From contig JBIIRD010000028.1 of NCBI GenBank assembly GCA_044341745.1, positions 34 through 64,033 on the forward strand: DNA of 64,000 nt. The letters run 5' to 3'. This DNA is from Prosthecobacter sp. Lineage in GTDB: Bacteria; Verrucomicrobiota; Verrucomicrobiia; Verrucomicrobiales; Verrucomicrobiaceae. The notes beneath the pieces were generated by a model. It was not told where the DNA came from. It made no database searches and saw only the letters and a list, made by a program, of their open reading frames with translations. This document shows, one piece after another, positions 25,860 through 34,677 of this stretch. Every line of letters begins with the position of its first letter. The first letter of the stretch is position 1. Both the position numbers and the translations under genes were made by a program.

Positions 25860-26564
25860 TCAGGAATGGGGACGGCCGAGGAGCTGGTGGACGTGCTCGT
25901 GCAGCCGCTCGCCCATCAGCTTGGCGATTTCAGGCTGGGGATGAAAGACGGAGTAGTAGCCGCGGACACGGCCCCGGCCGTCGATCAGGGCGATGCGCAG
26001 GTCGTGCTCAAACTCGTCGTCGGGGGTGATTCGCTCCTCCACGGGGATGGGTTTGGCGGCGGTCATGCCGACTTCGTCGGTCATGAAGCTCCAGAGCCTG
26101 CCCCGGTCGCCCGTGATAAACCACCAGGGGGAGTTTTCCTTGGCGCCGACGGCGTCGGCATAAGCCCTGAGCAGTGCGACATTGTCGCGCTCAGGCTGGA
26201 TGGCCACGGAGAGCATGTGGAATCCCGGGTGGCCGGCGAACTCCTGGTTCAGTTTTTGAAGCTGGGCGGTGACCGCGGCGCAGCCGTGGGGGCACTGGGT
26301 GTAAAGGTAGGCCGCCACGATGACATTGCCCCGGAGATCCGAGAAGCGGACGGCCCTTCCGTTTCTTTCGATGGCTTCAAGATCGCCCTTGATCGTGGCA
26401 TAGACAGGCAGATCAGCCTTGGGAAGGACAGTCTGAAGCACGCGGTTGTAGGCAAGGCTGAGGCCGATGATGAGGGTGATCGCCCCGCCTGTCAGCAGCC
26501 AGAAGCGCACCGGGCGGAACTCGGCGGTTTCTGGAAGGGATCTGCTGGCGGCGGGTGTGCTCAT
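25860..26564 (-). CDS. SCO1/SenC-family copper chaperone / thiol-disulfide oxidoreductase
   Basis: 234 aa with an N-terminal membrane anchor. Thioredoxin-fold block VIVAAYLYTQCPHGCAAVTAQL with CxxxC, plus the downstream conserved His region (FEHDLRIALIDGRGRVRGYY). Its start overlaps the upstream stop (ATGA at 26561-26564). Confidence 0.8.
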   Translation of the reverse strand: MSTPAASRSLPETAEFRPVRFWLLTGGAITLIIGLSLAYNRVLQTVLPKADLPVYATIKGDLEAIERNGRAVRFSDLRGNVIVAAYLYTQCPHGCAAVTAQLQKLNQEFAGHPGFHMLSVAIQPERDNVALLRAYADAVGAKENSPWWFITGDRGRLWSFMTDEVGMTAAKPIPVEERITPDDEFEHDLRIALIDGRGRVRGYYSVFHPQPEIAKLMGERLHEHVHQLLGRPHS

Positions 26565-27169
26565 GGGACGGGCGGATGCAGGGGCTTGGTGGGGGTGCGC
26601 CTGGAGAGCTCGTCCAGCGTCCAGGGGGTTAAACGACCCGGGTTGGCCTTGCGGATTTGCCGAATGGTCACGTCATTCACCTGGAGCGGCCTTTGTCCCC
26701 AGGTGCGAAGCACAAAGGTGGCTACGTCGGCAATCTCCCGGTCATTGAGCCAGGTTCCAAGCCCGGGCATGATCGGGTGCCTGATGAACGTGCCAGGAAT
26801 GGGTCCCGAGACACCGTGCACCAGAATGGCGGCAAAATCCACCTCCCTGCATCCTTGCAGCCAGGGTGAGCCGACAAGGGGGGTGCCAAGTCCTGGCAGC
26901 CCCAGGCCCGCTGGTTCATGACACATGGAGCAGGCCCTTCGGTAGACCGCGGCTCCCTGCATCATCTGTCGTTCTGAGGTGGTCATCACCGGGAACAGGT
27001 CATGAACAAGGTTCCTGGGTGCAAGGGCGTTCGCTGCGGTCAGGCCTGCCGCCAGCACAAGATGAGCCGCCAGCATGCCCCGGAATTTCACGCCCTGGCC
27101 ACGACAGGCGCGCAGTCCCGTGCGGGACCACGCCGTCTGGCATGGCGGGATGAAGGATGGCGGTGTCAT
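26561..27169 (-). CDS. c-type cytochrome (mono-haem, class I-like), copy C
   Basis: CSMCHEPAGLGLPGLGTPLVGSPW... with a distal ...IMPGLG region. The start is uncertain. The ATG at 27169 forms an ATGA overlap with the upstream stop; alternatives are 27217 or 27076. Confidence 0.75.
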   Translation of the reverse strand: MTPPSFIPPCQTAWSRTGLRACRGQGVKFRGMLAAHLVLAAGLTAANALAPRNLVHDLFPVMTTSERQMMQGAAVYRRACSMCHEPAGLGLPGLGTPLVGSPWLQGCREVDFAAILVHGVSGPIPGTFIRHPIMPGLGTWLNDREIADVATFVLRTWGQRPLQVNDVTIRQIRKANPGRLTPWTLDELSRRTPTKPLHPPVP

Positions 27170-27882
27170 GACTTGGGCCCGGAGAGGGGGACTTGAAGCA
27201 AACTTGGTTCGTCCCACATGGCGGCGCGCTCCTTTTCGGCCGCCCTGACCGCCTTGACCTGCTCGACCGTCACGGCGCCGGCCTTGTTGCCAAAGGCGTT
27301 GCGCGCATAGGTCAGCACCGCGGCGATCTGATGGTCCGGCAGGGCGCCCTGGGGAGGCATCATCGGTGCTGGTGTTGTGAAGGGCGTGCCGTTGACCTTG
27401 ATCGGTCCCTGGAAGCCGTGCAGCACAATGCGGATCAGACGTTCAGGCCCGGGAGCCGTGACCCAGTCCGAGCCCGCCAGGGGCGGAAACATGTTGGGCA
27501 GGCCGAGGCCGGTGGGCTGATGGCACACGGCGCAGATGGTGGTGAAGAGGGTCTTTCCTTCTTCATACCCCGGCAGTGAGGCGCTGTCCGCGACGGCAGG
27601 TGCCGGCGCTGAGGGAGGTGGAGTGCTTCCTGCGGGAACCGGACTGGCTGCGGCCGCCTGTGCTGCTGCAGCGGCGGTAGCAGTGGCGGCAGGACTGGTG
27701 GAGGAAGCCTTGTCAGCCGGTTCAGGCTGTGGTCGTGCGGCTTTGAAACCGCCGATCAGGAAGGCGACGCCCCAGAAGGCTGCGAAGCCTGCCACGACGA
27801 TTCCGAAGGCGCTGAATCCGATGCCGGCGATTCTGGCGCCGGTGCTTTCCGCTGAGTTTGGAGAAGTGGAATGATGGCTCAT
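27166..27882 (-). CDS. Membrane-anchored c-type cytochrome, copy B
   Basis: 238 aa. TM helix (IAGIGFSAFGIVVAGFAAFWGVAFLIGGF), an Ala/Pro-rich linker, then CAVCHQPTGLGLPNMFPPLAGSDW...PMMPPQG...VLTYARNAFGNKAG. Confidence 0.85.
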   Translation of the reverse strand: MSHHSTSPNSAESTGARIAGIGFSAFGIVVAGFAAFWGVAFLIGGFKAARPQPEPADKASSTSPAATATAAAAAQAAAASPVPAGSTPPPSAPAPAVADSASLPGYEEGKTLFTTICAVCHQPTGLGLPNMFPPLAGSDWVTAPGPERLIRIVLHGFQGPIKVNGTPFTTPAPMMPPQGALPDHQIAAVLTYARNAFGNKAGAVTVEQVKAVRAAEKERAAMWDEPSLLQVPLSGPKS

Positions 27883-27888
27883 GTGATC

Positions 27889-28371
27889 TTACTCCACGGG
27901 AATTTTTTCCAATTCGGCCTCGGTCCACATGGCCGTGCGTGCCTTTTCCGCCTCGCGGATCGTCTTGACCTGCTCCGGGGTGACAGCTCCGGCCTTGTTG
28001 CCAAAGCTGTTGCGCACAAAAGTCAGCACCGAGGAGATCTGCTGATCATTCAAGGCGGCGCCCTGGGGTGGCATGAGCGGGGCCGGCGTGGTGAAGGCCT
28101 TGCCGTTGACCTTGATGGGGCCGGTGACGCCATGCAGGACCATGCGGATGAGGCGGTCAGGTTTCGGAGCCGAGGCCCAGTCTGAGGCGGCCAGGGGAGG
28201 GAACATGTTGGGCAGGCCCAGGCCGGTGGGCTGGTGGCAGGCGAAGCAGACCTGCATGTAAACCTGCTGGCCCTGGGTCATGACCTCGGGGGAGATAGGC
28301 TCCTGGGCCGGTGCCAGGCCGGAGGCCGATACTAGGACGATCATTGAAGAGAAAAGAGAAGTGCGAATCAT
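27889..28371 (-). CDS. Periplasmic c-type cytochrome, copy A
   Basis: 160 aa with a signal peptide. CFACHQPTGLGLPNMFPPLAASDW...PLMPPQG...VLTFVRNSFGNKAG. Close paralog of copy B. Confidence 0.88.
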   Translation of the reverse strand: MIRTSLFSSMIVLVSASGLAPAQEPISPEVMTQGQQVYMQVCFACHQPTGLGLPNMFPPLAASDWASAPKPDRLIRMVLHGVTGPIKVNGKAFTTPAPLMPPQGAALNDQQISSVLTFVRNSFGNKAGAVTPEQVKTIREAEKARTAMWTEAELEKIPVE

Positions 28372-28657
28372 ATACGGGACAGGTGGGGGTAGGGTGTCGG
28401 TCAGAATGGTTGCCGTCGTGCGCTGGCATGGGCTCCCGTTCAGGGAGTGGCAGTGCGGATCGGCCCCGCTGGGGGGGAGGATTTCAAGCCTCAGAAAAGC
28501 GCAGCTTGAACACGGACCGGTTTATCAGGATGCGGCGGGATGAGCGAGCCCTGGGAGGGCCGATGTTCTCAACCCGGGTGATGAGACCGGAAGGTTGAGT
28601 ATCCCATGGCGCCGGGCGGATGATGCCAGCCTGTGAAAAGGAAGCAGTTCCTGAGGC

Positions 28658-29086
28658 TCAGGCGAGGTCGAATTCGGGGGGAGGGGTGGCCGGGCGTTGG
28701 GAACGCGTGGCCGCCGGGCTGGAGAACGTGCTCCAGCGATTGGGCTCCGAAGGGGGGAAGACAAAATGGGGCACCTCGACCACGGCGAGGGTAAGTTTCA
28801 TCTCCTTCAGCGTTTTCAGGGGAGTCTGATTCTTCCCGGATTCCTGCTCTGCATCCACGCCCTTTTTCACGGCGCGGCAGAGCGGACAGGGGTGCTCACC
28901 GTCAAAGGTGTCGCTCAAGCCTTCGGAGAGCGAACCTTTTTCGATCGAGTAGCTCACGGCCATGCCAACCCAGGCGGCCGACTGCAGGGCCGCCCAGTGC
29001 AGCCCGACCGACAGACACACGGCCATCACGGTCAGCGCGCGCATCAGGCGGAGCAGACTGGGTGTGACGATGCAGTTGTAGCTCAT
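28658..29086 (-). CDS. Small membrane protein with HPCPLC motif (paralog 1)
   Basis: 142 aa. TM helix VGLHWAALQSAAWVGMAVSYS, then TFDGEHPCPLCRAV (motif at nt 28877-28894). First gene of the co-directional cluster. Confidence 0.8.
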   Translation of the reverse strand: MSYNCIVTPSLLRLMRALTVMAVCLSVGLHWAALQSAAWVGMAVSYSIEKGSLSEGLSDTFDGEHPCPLCRAVKKGVDAEQESGKNQTPLKTLKEMKLTLAVVEVPHFVFPPSEPNRWSTFSSPAATRSQRPATPPPEFDLA

Positions 29087-29198
29087 CGGGGAAGTGAAGA
29101 ATTCCCCAATTCAGCGGCCTGCACAAGGCTGAATTGTGAAGCCTGGACAAATCAGATTTGTCTGGCCGACCTCCGTCTTTCCCTGGAAACTTCACCTC

Positions 29199-30212
29199 AT
29201 GGATGCCGTCCCTGATCCGTTTTCCCGTCGTGATGCCCTCAAGGCCACCATCGCCTCCCTGGGGCTTGGTGCCATGGCCTTTGAGCCGACCACCGCTGTT
29301 GCCGCCCCCAGGGCCCCGGACGAGAGGCGTGGTTCCCCGAAGCGGCATGACATGCTCAAGTCGATCAATCTCTGGGCCTTTCCCTATCCTGAACGGATGA
29401 CCCTGCGCGAATGCCTGCAGCTTGCCAAAGACGCCGGGTTTGACGGCATCGAGCTCAACTACGACCTCGACAACGACCTGTCGCCGAAACATGACACGTC
29501 CGACTATGTGAAGATCCGCCGGATGGCGGACGAGATCGGCATCCAGATCAGCGGCCTCTGCTCCTTCCTGTTCTGGCCTTATCCTCTGACCAGCAATGAT
29601 CCCGCCAAAAGGGAGCGCGGCATCGAGCTGGCCGGGAAGATCGCGCGCTGCGCCCATGACCTTGGCGTGGAGAACGTGCTCGTGGTGCCGGGAGCCGTGC
29701 ACATCCCCTGGCGCGACGACCACGAGCCGGTGCCTAACGATGTTTGTGACAACCGTGCGAGGGAGGCGGTCGGCAGGCTCGCGAAGGAGGCGGAGAAGCT
29801 GAAGGTCTGCCTCAACATCGAGAACATCTTCTTCAACGGCTACCTGATGACCCCGATGGAGATGAACGCCTTCGTGGACGGCTTCGGCAGCGAGCATGTG
29901 CGCGTGCACTTCGACACCGGCAACATCAGCATGTTCCAGTTTCCGGAGCACTGGGCCAGGGTGCTTGGCGGCCGAACCAAAAACGTGCACCTGAAGGAGT
30001 TCACGAAGAAGGGCACGGATTTCAGCCTGGAGACCTTTCGTCCCCTCCTCGACGGCACCACGAACTGGCCCGCAGTCACCGACGCGCTCGCCGAGACCGG
30101 CTACAAGGGCTTCCTCACCTTTGAATACTTCCATCCCTACGCCCATTATCCGGAGGCGCTGATCTGGCAGACCTCGGACTCGATGGACCGCATCCTGGGC
30201 CGCAGGTCATGA
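29199..30212 (+). CDS. Tat-signal sugar phosphate isomerase/epimerase (xylose-isomerase-like TIM barrel)
   Basis: Tat-like FSRRDALKATIASLGLGA. TIM-barrel blocks (GFDGIELNY, ENVLVVPG, LNIENIFFNG, HFDTGN, TFEYF). The start was set at 29199 (the ORF begins at 29136). Confidence 0.8.
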   Translation: MDAVPDPFSRRDALKATIASLGLGAMAFEPTTAVAAPRAPDERRGSPKRHDMLKSINLWAFPYPERMTLRECLQLAKDAGFDGIELNYDLDNDLSPKHDTSDYVKIRRMADEIGIQISGLCSFLFWPYPLTSNDPAKRERGIELAGKIARCAHDLGVENVLVVPGAVHIPWRDDHEPVPNDVCDNRAREAVGRLAKEAEKLKVCLNIENIFFNGYLMTPMEMNAFVDGFGSEHVRVHFDTGNISMFQFPEHWARVLGGRTKNVHLKEFTKKGTDFSLETFRPLLDGTTNWPAVTDALAETGYKGFLTFEYFHPYAHYPEALIWQTSDSMDRILGRRS

Positions 30213-30967
30213 CCTGGGAGATCGTCGTCCTGCTGTTCCTCGCCGGCCTCAGCGCGGGATTCATTGATGCGATCGCGGGTGGCGGCGGGCTCATCTCCCT
30301 GCCTGCGCTGCTGGCGGCCGGGCTTCCGCCCCAGATCGCCCTCGGGACGAACAAGATGCAGTCCACCTGGGGCACGCTGATGGCCGTGCGCAAGTATGCC
30401 AGGGCGGGCCTGGTGTCCTGGTCACAAGTGCGCGCCACGGCCTTGGTCACCTTTGGCTTTGCCTGCCTCGGCTCCTGGACCGTCACGCAGGTCAGCAACG
30501 AGGTGCTGAAAAAGGTCGTGCCCTGGCTGCTGCTGGCCGTGGCCGTTTATGTGCTGCTGAGCCCGGGCCTGGGCAGAACGAGCGTCAGGGCCCGTCTCAG
30601 CCCGGCGCTTTTTGCCTGGCTGGCGGGCGGCGTGATCGGCTTTTATGACGGCTTCTTCGGTCCTGGCACCGGCACCTTCTGGGCGCTGGCCTGCGTGTCG
30701 CTGCTCGGCCTGGAGCTGACCCGGGCGACCGCCTTCACCAAGGTGGCCAACCTGGCCAGCAACTTTGCCTCGCTGTTTGTTTTTGTGGCCTCCGACCGCG
30801 TGAATTATCCGATCGCCGCGGCGATGATCGCCGGGCAGCTCATCGGCGGCAGGCTGGGCGCCCACATGGCCATCAAGCACGGCGCGGGCTTCATCCGCCT
30901 GGTCTTCATCCTCGTGGTCTTCGCCATGGTGGCCAAGCTGTTCTGGGACCAGGTGCAGATGAACTGA
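30209..30967 (+). CDS. TSUP/TauE-SafE family (DUF81) membrane transporter
   Basis: 252 aa, polytopic. N-terminal LSAGFIDAIAGGGGLISLPALL and the repeated second half are typical of the family. It has a 4-nt overlap with the upstream gene. Confidence 0.85.
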   Translation: MTWEIVVLLFLAGLSAGFIDAIAGGGGLISLPALLAAGLPPQIALGTNKMQSTWGTLMAVRKYARAGLVSWSQVRATALVTFGFACLGSWTVTQVSNEVLKKVVPWLLLAVAVYVLLSPGLGRTSVRARLSPALFAWLAGGVIGFYDGFFGPGTGTFWALACVSLLGLELTRATAFTKVANLASNFASLFVFVASDRVNYPIAAAMIAGQLIGGRLGAHMAIKHGAGFIRLVFILVVFAMVAKLFWDQVQMN

Positions 30968-30984
30968 TCCTTGGTCGGGCGGCC

Positions 30985-31923
30985 TCAGATCTCCGCCAGG
31001 ATGTCCGCGATGGCGACGGTCCTGCCGCCCTGCTCACGGCTGCGGATGCCGGCGATGATCACGGCCATGAGCTCGACGGTTTCCTCAAACGGCAGCGGAC
31101 GCCGGCCGGTGCGCAGCATGTCAATCCACGCCACCAGCTGACCGCGAAAGGCGTGATAGGTGTCGGTCAGCTTCAGCGCCAGCTCGCCCTTGGTGCCATA
31201 AAGATGCACGGCGCCGAAGCTGCCATAGGCGTCATGCAGGGCGCCAAGGGTGACGCGCACGCCGCTGCAGTGCGTCAGATGCACGACGTCGCCATTCTCG
31301 CCGCCCTGGGTGGTCACGGTCAGAAAGCCGGGGCCGATCAGCGGCTCCACCGCCTCCAGGGCATGGATGCCGTAGCGCTCCCAGGTCTTGCAGGTGAAGC
31401 TGGTGATCCAGCGCAGGTCGCCGAGCGCGGAGAAGTCGGCACGCATCTCCGGTGCATAGCGCATGCCGCTGGTGGAAAGCAGGATGTATCCGGCACGATG
31501 CCATTTCACAAACTGTCTCAGCTCGTCGGGGCTGACGGCCATGGGCTTGTCCACAAAAACGGGCAGCCCGGCTTCCACAAAGGGCCGTGCGCGGCGCACA
31601 TGATCCGTGCCGTCATCGGTGGCGATCACCACGGCATCCACCTGTCCGATGACATCCTCGGGCCGTGTGACGATGTTCTCAATGAGGCTGGCGGCGGCCA
31701 CCTTGGGCGCATCAGCCGGGTCGTCGGTCCAGATGTGGGTGACGCGCGCGCCGGGAATTCGCACGGATTCGAGCGGCTGTCTGCCCATGTAGGCCGGGAT
31801 GGCGGCATAGGGGCACAAGGCCATCTCCCCCGGGTTGTAGCCGTTGATGATGCCGCTCCAGGAATAGGGGTGGCCGTTGCCCTCGATCATGCCCAGCATG
31901 GCCAGGCGGATTTCCGTGCTCAT
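30985..31923 (-). CDS. Gfo/Idh/MocA-like oxidoreductase
   Basis: 312 aa. Divergent N-terminal Rossmann segment (IRLAMLGMIEGNGHPYSW), VDAVVIATDDGTDH and PVFVDKPMA blocks. Overlaps the upstream paralog by 4 nt. Confidence 0.65.
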   Translation of the reverse strand: MSTEIRLAMLGMIEGNGHPYSWSGIINGYNPGEMALCPYAAIPAYMGRQPLESVRIPGARVTHIWTDDPADAPKVAAASLIENIVTRPEDVIGQVDAVVIATDDGTDHVRRARPFVEAGLPVFVDKPMAVSPDELRQFVKWHRAGYILLSTSGMRYAPEMRADFSALGDLRWITSFTCKTWERYGIHALEAVEPLIGPGFLTVTTQGGENGDVVHLTHCSGVRVTLGALHDAYGSFGAVHLYGTKGELALKLTDTYHAFRGQLVAWIDMLRTGRRPLPFEETVELMAVIIAGIRSREQGGRTVAIADILAEI

Positions 31924-32909
31924 TCGATGGTGATGGGCATGCCGACATGCACCGAGTGCAGCGCGGCGTGGTTGAACTTCAGGGTCTGCACGCCCTCGTC
32001 AAAGGTGCTCAGCAGGTTCGGCCGGCCCTCGATGCCCTCGAGGAAGTCCCGGGCCTGGGTGATGAACAGGTCGTCGCGCTCCAGCGGCGGGGTTTCATGC
32101 CAGTCCCATCCGGCCTCGCCGTGACGCATGACGCCCCAGCGCCGGTTGTGAACCTCGATCTTCACGCTGCCCCGCTCGCCATGAAACTGAAACAACACTT
32201 CGTTAGGTGCCTGGAACTGCGTCATCGAGTAGCTGACCAGGGCGTCTTTGTGACGGGCGCAGACATTGACGGTGTCCTCGACCGTCACGCCTTCAAGCAT
32301 CTGGTGCGAGGCGTCGCAGAAGACGCGGGAGCACGGCCCGATCAGCCATTCCACGGCGTTGGCAATGTGGGTCAGGGCGTCCTGGATGGCGCCGCCGCCG
32401 TGCTCGTGCCTGGCGTAGTAGATGTCGCGATAGGCGGGGCGGAAGGTGGGGAAATGCTGGCCGCAGACGACGCTGGCCTGGAGCACGCGGCCGAGTTCGC
32501 CTGTCTTCAGGAACTCGCGAGCGCCGACCATCCAGGGCATGCAGTGGTAGACATAGGCGACCCCGACAAAGCGGCCGGCACGGGAGATGGCGGCGCGAAC
32601 TTCGGGCACGAGGGCCGGGTCGAGGGCGAGCGGCTTTTCAATCAGCAGGTGCAGCCCGGCGTCGAGCAGCTTCAACGCCATCGGCAGGTGCAGGTGCGCC
32701 GGGGTGCAGATGACGGCGGCGTCGAACCTGCCCGAGGCCAGGGCCTCGTCAAGCGAGGCGAAGCCGGGCGCGGAGTAACGCTCCTTCATGGCGGCGAGGA
32801 GGGCCGGGTTGGTGTCGCAGGCGGTGACCGAGCACCGGCCCGTCCTCTGGAAGCAGCGCAGATGACGTTCGCCGATGCTGCCGCAGCCGATGATCAGGAC
32901 GGAATGCAT
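31920..32909 (-). CDS. Gfo/Idh/MocA family oxidoreductase
   Basis: 329 aa. MHSVLIIGCGSIGERH Rossmann motif, AAVICTPAHLH and LLIEKPLA blocks. Confidence 0.85.
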   Translation of the reverse strand: MHSVLIIGCGSIGERHLRCFQRTGRCSVTACDTNPALLAAMKERYSAPGFASLDEALASGRFDAAVICTPAHLHLPMALKLLDAGLHLLIEKPLALDPALVPEVRAAISRAGRFVGVAYVYHCMPWMVGAREFLKTGELGRVLQASVVCGQHFPTFRPAYRDIYYARHEHGGGAIQDALTHIANAVEWLIGPCSRVFCDASHQMLEGVTVEDTVNVCARHKDALVSYSMTQFQAPNEVLFQFHGERGSVKIEVHNRRWGVMRHGEAGWDWHETPPLERDDLFITQARDFLEGIEGRPNLLSTFDEGVQTLKFNHAALHSVHVGMPITIE

Positions 32910-33002
32910 GGGGTGTATGAGTGAAGCAAACGCGTTTGCCTCGTCGCTGACGAGGGCTTTGCGGTGGTTTCACCGGGAAACCAAACCGGCCACCAGGCGA
33001 TG

Positions 33003-34640
33003 TCAGAGCGACACGCCGCGCTTCCAGGGCAGGAAGTCGTCCTGGCCGAGCGCCACGGCCTTCGGCACATGCTCGCCGCTGGCGGTGGCGATGCAGAGCT
33101 CCAGCAGCTCCTCGCCCATCTCCGGCACGCTTTTCCGGCCCGTGATGACCGGGCCTGTGTCGAAGTCGAGGATGTCGCTCATCCGGCTCATCAGCGTGCT
33201 GTTGGTGGCGATCTTGAGCGTGGGGCAGACCGGGTTGCCGGTGGGGGTGCCGAGTCCGGTGGAGAAGAGGATCAGGTTGCAGCCGCCGCCGGCGATGGCG
33301 GTGGTGGACTCGACGTCGTTGCCGGGCGTGCAGTAAAGCGTGAGGCCGCCGTGCCTGCGGATGGGCTCGGCATAGTCGAGCACGTCCACGACGGGCGAGG
33401 TTCCGCCTTTCTTGGCGGCCCCGGCGGACTTGATGGCGTCGGTGATCAGGCCGTCGCGGATGTTGCCGGGCGAGGGATTGGCGTCAAAGCCGGACCCGCA
33501 GGCCTTCGCGGCGCCTTCATAGGCTCGCATCAGCCGAACAAACTTGTCGGCAAGCTCCGGGGTCTCGCAGCGGTCGCACAGGCTCTGCTCGACGCCGCAG
33601 AGCTCGGGGAACTCGGAGAGCACCGGCGCTCCGCCCAGAGCGGCCAGGAGGTCCGCCGTGTGACCGATCGCCGGGTTGGCGGAGATCCCGGAGAAGCCGT
33701 CGCTGCCTCCGCATTCGACACCGACGATGAGATCGCTGAGCGGGCAGGGTTCACGGCCTTGTTCATCGGCCGCAGAGACTCCTTTCAACGTGGCCTTGAT
33801 CGCGGCCGACATCATGTCGCGCTCCGAGGCGCATTTCTGCTGCTCAAAGATGTGCAGCGGGCGGCTGAGGTTCGGGTGCAGTTCGGTCAGCGCCTTCTCC
33901 AGCAGGCTCACCTGGGCATGCTGGCAGCCGAGGCTCAGCACGGTGGCGCCGGCCACGTTTGGATGGGCGATGTATCCGGCAAGCAGGCGCACCAGGGCGT
34001 CCGCGTCCTGGCGTGTGCCGCCGCAGCCGAGGCCGTGCTCCAGAAACTTGACGCCATCGACGTTGGGAAACAGCGGCCTGGGCGCCTGGAAGAACTCCTC
34101 GGGAAGCGTCACGTCCTCCAGCGGTTCGCCGCGCCGCTGGCGCTCGACCAGGGCCTGGGTGAAACGTTCGTAGGGGGAGGTGCGGGCATAGCCGAGGGCG
34201 CGGGTGATGGCCTCGCGCATGAAGCCGAGGTTGCGGTTCTCGCAGAACACCAGGGGGATGACGATCCAGTAATTGGCCGTGCCGGAGACGCTGTCGCCTC
34301 GTCGGAAACCCTGAAAGGTCCGGCCAGACCAGCGGCTGACGTCGGGCGGTGTCCAGGCATAAGCGCCCTGCTTGCCGGTGAACTCCGAGGTTTCATGCCT
34401 CAGGTTGTGTGTGTGTACCAGGGCTCCGGCGGCGATCGGCCGGGTCGTGCGCCCGACGATGACGCCATACATTTTCACCCGCTCACCCTCGGCGAAGTCG
34501 CGGCAGGCAAACTTGTGCTTGGCGGCAATGTCCTCGCACAGGGTCAGGCCGTCGACGGCCTGGCCGGCGCGCAGGTCACGCAGGGCCACGATCAGGTCAT
34601 CCGCAGGATGCACGCGCAGGGTCAGCAGGGAGTCGCTCAT
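33003..34640 (-). CDS. UxaA-family hydrolyase (altronate/galactarate dehydratase-like)
   Basis: 545 aa. N-terminal SAF-like domain (LRVHPADDLIVALRDLRAGQ), then the UxaA/GarD core (GCQHAQ, ECGGSDGFSGISANP, TPGNDVESTT, FSTGLGTPTGNP). Confidence 0.85.
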   Translation of the reverse strand: MSDSLLTLRVHPADDLIVALRDLRAGQAVDGLTLCEDIAAKHKFACRDFAEGERVKMYGVIVGRTTRPIAAGALVHTHNLRHETSEFTGKQGAYAWTPPDVSRWSGRTFQGFRRGDSVSGTANYWIVIPLVFCENRNLGFMREAITRALGYARTSPYERFTQALVERQRRGEPLEDVTLPEEFFQAPRPLFPNVDGVKFLEHGLGCGGTRQDADALVRLLAGYIAHPNVAGATVLSLGCQHAQVSLLEKALTELHPNLSRPLHIFEQQKCASERDMMSAAIKATLKGVSAADEQGREPCPLSDLIVGVECGGSDGFSGISANPAIGHTADLLAALGGAPVLSEFPELCGVEQSLCDRCETPELADKFVRLMRAYEGAAKACGSGFDANPSPGNIRDGLITDAIKSAGAAKKGGTSPVVDVLDYAEPIRRHGGLTLYCTPGNDVESTTAIAGGGCNLILFSTGLGTPTGNPVCPTLKIATNSTLMSRMSDILDFDTGPVITGRKSVPEMGEELLELCIATASGEHVPKAVALGQDDFLPWKRGVSL

Positions 34641-34677
34641 GAAAAAAGAAGGTGAGGTTAAGAGGTCTGGGACGGGC

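Noticed and set aside
28372-28657. Possible small gene, riboswitch or terminator in the 286-nt gap after the first HPCPLC gene
   Set aside because: There are only short ORFs without motifs. The best hairpin (ttcaagc...gcttgaa) is 7 bp with a 14-nt loop and no U-tract. Nothing supportable, so it is left as an unresolved spacer, which may separate two transcription units.
13109-29086. Interpretation of the giant-protein cluster as a toxin/adhesin secretion locus (T1SS/T5SS/RHS) or a phage-defence island
   Set aside because: No ABC/MFP/TolC genes, TpsB, autotransporter barrel, RHS/YD repeats, nuclease, ATPase or methyltransferase genes are present. The accessory genes are instead haem- and Cu-related.
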